From assembly GCA_012295275.1 (NCBI GenBank), contig CM022672.1, positions 5,332,001-5,396,000 of the forward strand: DNA of 64,000 nt. Reading direction: 5' to 3'. Numbering within the stretch: position 1 is the first letter of the stretch; every line of letters starts with the position of its first letter. The translations under genes and the position numbers were made by a program. This DNA comes from Chrysomallon squamiferum. Taxonomy: Eukaryota > Animalia > Mollusca. Below, piece after piece: positions 44,897 through 57,600 of the stretch. The notes below the pieces were generated by a model. The model searched no databases. It was not told the DNA's origin and worked only from the letters and a program-made list of their open reading frames with translations.

Positions 44897-45260
44897 AAAA
44901 ATCTAAACCCAAAGCAGTCGGTTAGTAACTGGTTAGCACTGACATCAGTTATTCAGTAAACGCACAATTAACTGATACGAACAACAAATAAAACTACATG
45001 GTCCGAATACAGAGGTTTGAGGGAGGTTTAAGATTTGCGGTGATTGAGTCTGAGAGACAAAGCTGGGTGTGCATGTGTGAATGAATACGTGTGGGTTAAA
45101 TTGTTGTGATATACAGTTAGAGTTGTTGAAAATAATGATTTTTGTCTACATGCGAATGAATTTTACAAACACGCCATATCTCTCTATCTACCTCATTTTT
45201 TATCTAGCTGTCTTACTTTTTGTCTCCCATATTCTGCCGTTGTTGATGTTGTTGTTGTTG

Positions 45261-45309
<49 letters not shown>

Positions 45310-45648
45310 AATACTAGTAAGAGTTCACTTTGTATTTGTTGATACGATACACTTAGAAAACAATAATAAAATATCTATCACGTTCTTTATAGCCGCGTGG
45401 AATCAAAACTGGTTTTCCTTACGTCTGAAAACACGTGGGTGATACATTATTGCTTTCTGCTGTGAATTTACAACCTCATTATTATGTACGTTTCTTATAT
45501 CATCGAAACTGATGTATTTTGCAAACAAGCGAAACTCTTTGAATGCAAAACATGAATTAACATCGTTAAAACGTGATGTCTCTCTTAAAGAACTCTTTTT
45601 TTTTTTTGCTTCTTCTTCTTCTTCTTTTTCTTCACCCTTTTCATTCTT

Positions 45649-45690
<42 letters not shown>

Positions 45691-46262
45691 CTTTCAGCCT
45701 GTTGCAAAACTCGTTTACATTTTCGGTATTTGCGTTTCATTACTGATGCGAATTTCATACGATTATCCGAAAGCTGCGCTCATCTGACAAGCAAATGTTT
45801 GCGTTATTTCACATAAGACGCTGAGCTGTTTTTGTTTCACGGTTCAGCTAAGCAGCAGGTGAACGTACGCCCCAGCGAAATCCAGATTGAAACGGCATCA
45901 ACGACAAGCAATGTCTTGTAATAGACGGTGATCAGCTTCGTAAGTATTTCGATGAAAAGACTCGGTCTGGGGGTCTGCGTATTCCATCACCAGAGGCCTG
46001 AGTATCCCTCGTGCACGTTTCGTCTGCTCGCCCCTCGTGACTTCAAGCTCCGCCTCATCCGATAGATCCTCGATATTAAATGGAAAGTTTTCTTTTGATA
46101 ATGTGACGGAACGTATTCGAGAAAATTAAACATGAAATTTTAATTAGACGTCATGGACGTGAAAACATGGCACATTCATCGCTAAGGAAGAAAAAAAAAA
46201 AAAAAAAAAAATAAAGAAGGAAATGTAATTTGAAAAAAAAAAAAAAAAAAAAAAAAAAAGAG

Positions 46263-46372
46263 ATGTTAAGTTTGTTGAAATTTTCTTTCTTTCCTCAGAA
46301 AAAAAAGAAGAAAAAAAGTTAAGTTTAAGGAAATGTAACTTCAAAAACTATGTGCCTGTTTGTCTATATATA
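46263..46372. repeat. About 110-bp direct repeat, copy 2
   Basis: Matches 44787-44896 at offset 1476. Confidence 0.92.
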
Positions 46373-46609
46373 TATATATGTGGGGGGTTATCTATGTATG
46401 TGTATACTAGTCACAAAAAAAGTTATAATCATGTACAGAAAGAATAATATAACATATCGCGTGAATTTGGTAATATCATGAGCTGTCTACCTATTTTCCA
46501 TTTAATTTCCTCGTAATTATCAAATATTTTTAATTTCTCTAACATAGCTAAAAGTGAATGAAAACTGTACTTATGAAGTTTATAACTTATCACATCCATC
46601 AACGAAAAA

Positions 46610-46644
<35 letters not shown>

Positions 46645-49448
46645 AGAAGAAAATGAGATAAAACAGAATTAGAAAAATTCGAAAATAATCTTTTTGTTAC
46701 ATCGAAAGAAGCAAAACTTATATTAATAACTTTCAGGTAAATAAAAACCACAATAGAAAAAATATATAAATAATTGTAATTGATAAGCAGCAAAATGGTA
46801 AAAGTGAAAAAACATTACGTTTGGTGATAGACTTGTTTATAGGAATAATAATATATTTGCATTGGTAGTATTATGATTGATAGTAATACATGTACTTCTG
46901 GTCGTAGTAGTTGGAGTAGTAATAGTATAGGAAATAGTACTAATAGTAGTAGTAGTAGTAGTAGCTATAGTAGTAGAAACTTTAGTAGTAGTAGTAGCAG
47001 CAACAGCAGCAACAGTGGTGGTAGTAATAAATGGTGTAGAGAAATTTCAATTATTTGAGAAGTTATTCATTAAGTTTAAAAATTTAAAACATTTTTAATT
47101 TCAGATACAATCATACGTAAAAAAACAAAATCATAAACATCAAAACATTGATAATGTAAATATTTCTTGGAACAGAAAGTGAGCTTATTGTCAATTAACG
47201 CTGCAGTTTTTATTTTTTATTATTTTAACCGGTCCAGTGATATTTACTGACCATTTAAAACGATACGGAAAAGTTTTACATCATCGGTAACGACCTTTCG
47301 CCATGTTGTGATAGACAGTTCAAACAAAACCTGATCGTTGTTGTTTGTTGTTAAAACACAGAGCACCTGATTTCTGCTAATTATCTCACAGCTTTCACTC
47401 GCTGGTTTGAAACTGGAATGCCAGTGTTTCTTTCATTTGAAGATACAATGGTAAAATGTTAGGCATCTCGATAATGATAAATTTTTCCGATTTTTGTTGT
47501 TCTTCGTTTAGCTTAATGAACATTATTATTTATATACGGAAATCTTCTGTAAGGAATTTGCAGTAAACAATATAAAAAATATATAAAGAAGAAAGAAAGT
47601 AAGAAAGAAAAAGAAAAGACATTATTCTACCAAGACTTTTGAAAATATCTGATTCTGATAGACCATTTGTTGACGTATAAGATCTCAGGCCATTTGGGTT
47701 TAGCTTCAAATGCTGTTTCGAGGTTTTAAATTCACGATAAGGTACAACATTAATGAAATCTTAGTTATTACAGCTGTTTGACACGATTGATGCTCAAGCT
47801 GGACTTCGTTGTATATTAGTGAAATTTAGTTGATTTTGGTATGTATCAGGAAACTGATTTTTACGTGTAAAGTTCTCATCTCTTTTGTATTAACTTTTAA
47901 TAAAAATAAATATATATAAAATTTACTTTTTCTACTTTTCTCAATTTATTATTTACTTATTCTATTCCATTTTTATTTTATTTCTTTTTTATTTCTTCTT
48001 ATTATTATTATTTGTTTTTAGGCTATTTTTTAGTTAAATTCAAATCTTTGTCGACGTATTTCGCTTATCTAAACATTAAAACCCCAAACCTTTTCTAGAA
48101 CGAAATTAAATTTTTGTTTGACATAATAAATATTCGGTCAACAAAAAAATAAAAAGGTGAAAATTTTTCTTAAATGCTTCTGAATTATACAATTTATTTT
48201 CCTTCGCGTAAAAGAGAGAAAAAAAACGAAATTAAAAGTCTGGTTATATAATTATCAAATACCAAGATATATGGTTACGTTTTTCAATCAACCCCTTTGT
48301 AAAGATTACATAAACACGCTCATTTGTATACTGTGTTCAAGGCGATACACGCATTCACCTGGCAGTCACACCCAAGAGACCTAATTAGTTCTAAATTTTT
48401 TCATGACACCTTCTCGTATATTCCACAAATAATATCTTTTACTCATTCTCACGTCCAGATATTCAGTAAACTTTTAACGCTTTTGTATGCGGATAACAAA
48501 ATAACATATTTCAATGTACAATTCATTATGATGCCTTTTTTAAAACCATTTTTTGTTTTTTTAAAGTTAAGAATTGTAATGAAAACAAAAACACTACTGA
48601 ATACAGTTGTATTTGGATCGCTGGGCAAGAAGGAAAACCACTCTGTACTCTTGCTAGCGTTTTTTTATGGGTTTTTTTTTTTTTTTTTTTTTTTTTTCTT
48701 GTTCTTCTTTCTCCTTTACGATGAAGTATATTCATCTTGAATTGTATTCATGACAATGATATGGCGACCCGCTTTCTCTAAATTATGGATCCACCTCGTA
48801 TAATTTAAAATCTTTATTGTTTTTTTTTTTAACAATATTTGTAACAGAAATATTTGGGTAACATCATTTCATGAGAAAAATGAAATTTTAAAAATTTGCT
48901 TAGTAGTTCACTTTTTATTTTTATTAATTCATGTAGGTAGATATGTATGTGGGGAAGTGGTGGGTTTTTTTTTTTTCATCCTTTTCTTTCTTTCTTTCTT
49001 TCTTTGTTGTTTGTTTGTTTATTATTATTGTTGTCGTTGTTGTTGTTGTTGTGTTATATTTTTTGATCTGGTCTCACAGCATCTGGATCGAAAGTCAGGT
49101 GAGGCAGACCGATAATCCTCAGCAGATAACAATTAAGTCCACTTTGGCTTTTCTGTTCCCGAGTATACTGTGTATCGTTTCTCTGGATATTTTTTTTTAA
49201 TTATTTATTATTATTATTATATATATATTTTTTTTTTGTGTGTGTGTGTGTCTGTATAAATTACACACGTATACGTAAAAATGTATATACGCGAATTTGC
49301 TTTTATCTGTATACGCAGGTACGTGTACGTGTGTGTATTTTCGCATACGCATGTATACGTATGCATGTACCTGTTAATTTCTGCATGTGTACGCAACAGT
49401 TTGGGTTATGTGTGCCAACCATCTTTATTAAATCTTTTTCATTTCTTC

Positions 49449-49509
<61 letters not shown>

Positions 49510-49975
49510 TAAATGCTGTTACAAACACAAATAGGCTTACAAAACAAAGACAAAAAACCAACGAATTTCTATCAAATGTTAAACTGATGCAATTGTTTTA
49601 ATGAACAAATCAAACTGCACGCAGCTTTGGCGTGAATAATCGTCTTCAGCGGAACATAAACAAATATTCAGTTATAACAAAGAAATAGCAACAGTCGAGA
49701 GAAACACCGAAGCTCAGTCTTTCCAGACTTTTTCAAACAAAACAACATCAATAGCTTAGTCTATTTGCACATATATTCCAGTAATTATAATGACCCCAAA
49801 AATCCTTCATTTGTGCGTTAAGCAGAACCACAAAAAACATATGAACAGGAAAAAATAATGATATTGGCAGTCATACACTCAAGTTTCAAAATGAAAAATG
49901 GTCAGATTATAAACAAATTCTTCAAGCATGCTCTGCATATTTAAAATGAATTATTTTAACTGAAAATTCAGTGTT

Positions 49976-51633
49976 TCACACATCGTACTGTTTTGGAGTC
50001 TTTATTCTGCGAGTTCGTGTGGAAGCTACAGGTCGCAGGATGCTCTTGGAGGTTGCTGAGATGTGTTTTGATTTACCAGCCCCCGTCATGTCAGGGCTTT
50101 CTGCTGGTGTTAAGATGGGTGAATCCCACTGCACTGAAGATGATGATGATGATGCAGCTGATCCAAAGATCTCTGATGATGTCTCAAGACCAGATCCCAA
50201 CTGCACGGAAGATGATGTTACTGGTGATCCAGCTGGTGATCCAGTGGCTGATGACTGCACTTCAGCTGACATGACAGGTGAACCGGATTTCACTGCTGCA
50301 GACAAAGACAGAGAGCTTGATTTCTCTGCTGTGTTCTGAACAGGTGAACTGAGGACTCCTGTGATTGATGAATGTGTAGCCAGTGAAGAAAGTTCTGAAC
50401 CACTTACATCAGTCTCAGTATCCATTTTGCCTGAAGACTCTGCAAGTTGTGCTACTGTCGGTTCTGTAGGTGACTGCTTCGTAACTGAACTGGATTCTAA
50501 AACTGAACAAACTTTTCCTACAGTTTCACTTGTAACAAAAATAGGTGACCTCAGTGACGATGCTGAAGATGTTGTTCCAGAAGCTCTGTGAGCAGCTGAC
50601 GTCGTGCTGATTTGTAACTTGTACGTAGCAACATCTGAAGCTGAGACTGTCATTGTATTGTGTGATCCAGATTTGGTAACCACTGCTGAGAGGGGAAATG
50701 TTAGTGTTCCAGGACTGATTAAACTCTTGTTGCCTGCTGAAACAGATTTGGATGAAGTGTTGACAAGAGACTTGGTCATGTCAATCTGCTGACTGCTCGC
50801 TAGGATCTTAGCTTGTGTCACTGCTGATGACCCTGACAACTTTGTCAGAGTTGCGGTAGTCAGAGGAAAATCGTGGAACTGAAGTCTTTGTATTTCTTTG
50901 ACCTTCTCCTGATCGGGAGACTGAGAAGACATGGACACTGACTTCAGTTTCTGAGAAGAAGAAACAACTTTAGGTGTGAAAACTGTGACTGGAGTTTTCT
51001 TGGAACTAGATAACGAAAAGATGGGCGAGCCAGCAGAGGTGCTGATGTTTTCACTTGTGATCAGGATAGTTTTCCCACTTGAAGTCTGAGAACTGCCTTT
51101 AGCTACTGATGATAACAGGTGGTGAATCTGAGTTGTAGCTGTAGATGCAGATGTTATGTGCAGCAATGGTGAACCATTCACTAATTTTTGAGCCATCGAT
51201 AAGGGAATAGTGAATGGAGATGAGGTTCGTGTCTTCAACAAAATCTGGTGAGTCTGTGATGTTTTTTCTTCCTCGCCATCTTTCACAACTGAAGCCAGAA
51301 ATGTTGTAGTTGTTCCCTTCTCACTGCCAGACATTGTTGTTATGCTTGTAGATGACAGTAACTTAGATAACGGAATTGTTGTCGTATTTGAAGTTGTCTT
51401 GGTCGCAGTACTGTCTGAATCGCCAGAATTTTTCATGTTCTGTAATAATCCTGACAACTCCTTAGCTCCAGGAACCGTGAATACAGGTTTGCCCATCTGA
51501 GGAAGTGGTGAGAGGACAACTGAAGACTTCACTGATGTGGCTGCCTGGTAACTGGACAGAAGTGTTATCTTTTTTTTTGGTATCCCTGTCACTGGGCTTC
51601 TTGCCTGTCTCTTTCGTGGGGCTGGCTTTTGGT
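49976..51633 (-). CDS. KANSL3: KANSL3 last coding exon, 1658 nt, Ser/Thr-rich low-complexity tail ending [13 protein letters not shown]
   Basis: 554-aa ORF in the track; tttgctag acceptor, phase 1 matches the previous exon. Confidence 0.88.
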
Positions 51634-54600
51634 CTAGCAAAAATATCAGAAATCAATAACTAATTACAAGAAACAATTATAAATCTGCAAAACAAATATT
51701 AGAATAATAAAATTATAGAGTTGGTATTGATAATCATTATTATAAATCTTTAATATATGTATTTTAATATATTATATTATAATAGATTTAAAAATTGACA
51801 TATATCACTATTCCATATGGACAAGATAATTATGACTGTAACAACATTCATATGCTTTTTTGGATACAAGTATTTTTATTTACACACAATGTCAAATATA
51901 TTTTCTGCAGTGATGAAAAAAACCTGAGGTATACGTATTAAAGCTGATGAACAAACCTGACATGCGTGACCAGTCAGACTGTTTTATTTGAGTGGTGAAG
52001 GTCAAGCCAGGATACACTCCTGTGGTTGACACTGTTTTCTTAGGTGCTCCTCTCTGGGTCTGTAACAAATATTATTAACAGTCATTTCAAAAATACTCAT
52101 TTGTAGGTAAAAGACCAAAAATTAAATATACTAAAATTGTAAAGAATATTAAATGTACAAAAACATTTATTATTATTAAATATGAAGGTTTTTATAAAAA
52201 AAATATGTATAATGCCAAAATAGAAACCATAACATTTATTCTTTTAATAAAAAGCAGAAACATTCTACTGAAAAGTTTTCAGATTAAATTGAGAAAACAA
52301 ATTTCCATTAACTTTGGGAGATTTTTTTTTGTGTTGCTTAATGAGTCAGTGACATACTAATTTTTAAATGACTGGTTACTAACTAAATTAATTTTGTTTT
52401 CAACTTTCAATTTTGTTACTAATTTTATTTCAAGTTAATTAAAAAAACTTCCATCTGGTCTATTTAGTTTGCTTTTTAAGTTACTTACAAACTACACTTT
52501 TGTTTTTTAAGAAAAAATTAATCGATTTGTTTATATTTTTAAAATTATCTTTGTGATGCAAACATACAGCAAACGTGACTGGAATGTGCGACACTGCAGT
52601 GTAATCTGTTGACAGTTCGCGAGAAACTTTTCTTTTTTTCTTATTTCTCAGTTCAAACTCTCCAACCTCTTGCATGTCTGTGGCAACAGCTGACTGACAC
52701 AAAACTCCACCAAGAAACTCACAGATTTCATCCTGTCAACATTACATGTGTAATAATTACATTTAAACATCAATTAAAAGGCACAAAACACAAGTTTCGC
52801 TGAAAATCCTCTTTTGTTTAATTAATGTGAATAAAATTAGAATACTGTCATGTCATACACACACACACACATACTTGCCACAGCTGATAAACAAAAAAAC
52901 TACAAGTAAAACAAAACAATGTATTTTAAAAAAACAAGTAGTTTTCTCTGGTCACAAAAAAGATTTGTGATTTGTTTTCATTTTTTCAGTTCTTTTTTGA
53001 GCACTATTTACTAATTTTTTTTTTTTTTTAGTTTTGAAAAATTTTATCAACAATATACTCACTACCAAATTTAAACACTTTTTAGAGACAACTGAACAAA
53101 AATCCAGAATGTGCAAACTATCTTACTAAAATAGCTCGATCAGCCATCGCCTGAGTTATCCCCTCTTTCTTCTTCTTGGCTCTCGACAGTCTGAGATTGT
53201 CATCAGCGCCACCTACAACAAGCAGGCTATTTTCAGCTTTCATTCGTTCACGGAGGTCTTCAATGGCATCAATGGAGCACATGTCTGCATGCTGGCCAAT
53301 CACAAACAGTGTGCAAGTCTTACTCTCCAACAGCGAGTCTTCGACATCCTGAAACAAAATACCATCAACAGTTTGACTTCTTCTGCTTATTACTGGCCTA
53401 TGATTTCTTACACTACAAGAACATTAAATATTTAATATAATATTTATGGTTAAGCATCACAAAAGAGAGAATGGAAACTTGCTGTCACCACACAAAGGAC
53501 TTTTAGTTATCAGCAGTAAAAGATATTTTATACAGACATCCCCACTGGCAGGAAAGCATACATTATATGATTATAGCCTTTTATAAAGAAATCTAGGGTA
53601 CTAGCAAAAGCAGAAAAGATCCAAATAAAAACAGTGGGTTACAGCTTACACTCAAATAAAATGTAAAGATGGGAGAAAGATTTAATTATGTAGGTATAAA
53701 TATCTACTTTGTTATATTCATTTCTAATGTTCTCTCATATTACTATAAAGAAAAACTCTACATCTTATATATGGGTCAAGAAAAACAGGAACTACAATTG
53801 TTCTGACAATATTTCAAGCATGTTTCATAAATGTTTATGATCAAGTGCACTCAACAAGACAATGGTTATTAGCTTAAATGTTCATTAATTTATAATTATC
53901 ATTTTTTTATAAAAACTGATCATTAGAAATTAAGTGAGAAGCAACCTAAAAGTTTTACCAACAACACAAAACTGTGGACAGTTAATACTTGCCCCTCTAA
54001 CACCATTTATGCCACACATTGGGAAACCAAGACAAACTACAGCAGTCACAGATTCAACTAATGACACCTGAAACAAGAGAGAGAAAAATATTACATCATC
54101 ATACAAAATAAATAACTAATAATAAAAAAAAACATGTCTTTAATAGGTGCTAGAAATTATTCTTACATCATCACATAAAATAAATAACTAAAATAGAAAA
54201 ACAACATGTCATTAATAGCTGCAAAACACTAATATATAAAATTTGTATCATTTTTATTCATTTGCTAAACAAATCTGAAATAGTGAAACAAACATCATAT
54301 TAAACTGTCACACACAATAATTGATTAATTTTAAAAAACATTTCATTAATAGCTGTAAAACATTAACAGACATAGAATATAATTTATATAATGAATATTC
54401 AGTATCTAAACAATTTAGAAATGGAGAAACAAACAAATGTCTTACATGACAAGCAACAAGAGCTCCAATATTCCACCCTACCAAGATGATTGGACGATTC
54501 TGAGTGTGGCCTTTAGACTGAAAAAAAAAAATGTTCAAAGTCAATCAAAAAAAAAAAAAAAAAGATTTTTTTAAAACAAATGCTGCATGATGAATATGAA

Positions 54601-57600
54601 TTAGTATTTCAGATACATGATCACAGGAAAGTCATAATAACTTCTGGTCAAGAAATATGAAGTAAACAATTATCAATGGTTTAACAAATCTGAGCATAAA
54701 AAAATAAATCAACAACTGAATGTCAAACAGATGCATATTTAAAAGAATTAATGAGTAATAAAAAGATTAAATAATATTTGATTTTTTTTTTGATTTTTGT
54801 TTTTTTGGTGGAGGTTGGGGTTTCTTTTTAATTATTATTCAATGTTTTCAAACAGATTAAACTGTAAAAGGTAATAAATACCACACGATCACTAAAATTA
54901 AGCGAACATAACTGACCTCTAAAACTTTAGTTCGGACAGCCCCTATCATGTGTTCTAGGCACTGAGCAATGGCAACTCCACTGCCTCCACTGGCTGTGTG
55001 CATTGTGACAGGGACAACTTTGCCCAGGTTTGCCAGCTGACTGTTCCAGAACTTGTACCGCTTCGAGTTTGTCAGGTTTGGCTGTATGGGACCACTTGGA
55101 GCAATCAGTAGCAGTGGATTTCCAGGTAGTTTTTTCTGTTTAAGAAGATTTTTACAGACTTGTTTTTATTTAATACCTATTTAATATTTCAAAGAGACAG
55201 ACTGCCAGAGAAAAAGACAGATGGGTAAGTGGATAGCTAGGCAGGAAAGACGAACAAACAGATAATGACATTTTGAAAATTAATGGTTCATTCAAAGGCA
55301 CATAACTCTTTTTAGGCTTATTACTGATCACCAAATTTATCTTATCCTGTATGTTTAAAGAATTGTTCTAACATTTCTATGAAAGACATGATGTCATCTT
55401 CTATGCATTCTCCCAAGCTACTAAAGTATTGTCATATTTTATTAACAAAGAGAGAATGTTTATATTAAATCAGGCACAATTTAATAATAATTAACGTCAT
55501 ACTCCTTTATTAGTCTCTGAATATTTTAATGTTTTGACAATAATTGGATGTTAAACAGATACATACCAGTTTTTTTGCTGAGTCAGCACATTTTGAACAG
55601 GATCCCAGGATCTTTTTAACAAGAGATTCATTGCATCCTGAGACACAGCAGAAAGCTTAGGTACAAAAGTTGATGTCATTCTCTCTATTAGTGTTGGAAT
55701 CTGAAACCAAACAAATGATAATGATCATTAATATGTTAAGGTAATACTTCACAGTTACGTATTCAAATATTCAACAACAATTATAAATACACAAAAATAC
55801 TCAGCCAAAAACTCAAATTGTACATAAAGATGTTTTCTGAAGTAAAGTGTGAAATTTTTACTGTTGATTCAAACTAAACAGATGAGGCCAGAGTAGCCAC
55901 AGATTTTACAAGTACCAAAATTGCAAACATTATTAAAGTGCAGATAAATTACACATTAAACTTACTAAAAAAGATAAAAGAAACAGTGATAGAGATTTAA
56001 CATAAGCATAATAATTTTAAACACACTTATTTCTAAAAATCATTCACACTAATAATTCTACCAAATTTATCAAAGACTGCAAGTTTATCTAAATAAACAA
56101 CATCATTAATTTCTAGCTCTTTTTTTCTAAAATGAATGAATCCAAAACATTTAACCTTTTTTTAAAATTTAGGTTTATCTTTAATCGTTGAAGAATTAAA
56201 TTCTTCCAGAACAGAGATTATCTCTCTCTCTCTGAAAATTACATACACTGTTTTCAAAAAATATATAATAATAATAATAAATTAATAAATAAAAACAAAC
56301 AATCAGTGATCATCAGTTTGTCTGTAAGATAAAACAACTCACCTTGCTTTTGAGAGTCTGGATGACATCAAGGTAGGCAGCCAGCAACTGTAAACTCAAA
56401 TTCTCCATCAGAAAACAGTGCAGCCACTGAGCCAACTTCATGTCCTGCAAGTAAAATATAATAAAACAGTTAGAAGTTAAATATCAGTGATTTTTTATCT
56501 TTAATACATACAAGAAACACCATAACCTACATGTATGACACGGCCATGTATTTCTAGACTGAATGATTATATCTAAGTTGTCTGCATCAAAAAATATTAT
56601 TCTCAATCATTGTTTCCAGCTCTGATTTCTTTTAAAACAGTGAAAAAATTATAGTATAATTTTGTTTCTATGATTTAATACAGAAGTACACAATTATCAA
56701 ATAATCATTAATTTGTGACACTTGAGAATGAATATATTCTAATCTTAATTGTGAATGAAAATTAATGGTAAAAACATGTTTAATATTTGGATATTATGTC
56801 ATTGATTTATTTATAGATGAGTTAATTAAAAGATTTTTTTTACAAGATGTATACAGTCTTACCCAGTTGACACTAGCCAGAGCTTGTCGAACTCTGCGCG
56901 CAGTTTTGTCAATGTGGATACGTCTTATGATAGGCTCGTTGTCAAGCTGTAACACACAGTTCATGTAAATATATCAATTTTAGTGACTACCAGTACCTTA
57001 CTAGCTGAGCTAGGTACTGCAACAGATACATTTGACAATGGGGGTGAATTAATTGAAACCAAGAAATATGGTAAATATTAATTTATAATTTTGATATAAT
57101 TATAAAATTTCTGATTTATAATTAATTTCAATAAGCATACATGTAACAAACAGTATAACGTATTGTAAAGCTGACTTTTATGTAAATTCATGGACTGTAA
57201 CCATAGTGCATTTTAAATTTTGTTATCATTTTAACAATTTCTGCTAAATAAGAATTGATATAAATGCTAGAACTAACAGGAGAATACAGATATAAAGCTG
57301 TCAATGAATGCATGATAATGTGGAATATACAAATGCATGTTCAAAAGCTTGCACAAACAAATAAAGATACAAAATTACTCACTTTTTCACAAGCCAGTCT
57401 AGCCAATTTGTCCATTTGCAAAGCTTTGATAACTTTATTAAAAAGTCGATTTTGTTGCATGGACCACCCAGAACTAAAATAAATTTAAATTCAAACTGAA
57501 TTATAATCACAAAATAAATGAGTTCTATAAAAAGTTCAGGCATTTCATTTTAAGTAACTGTATTAAATCAAAGAACAGATTATAGAATATCCAAGGAAAA

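Noticed and set aside
49971-50792. + strand ORFs opposite the long KANSL3 exon
   Set aside because: Antisense shadows of a Ser/Thr-rich coding exon.
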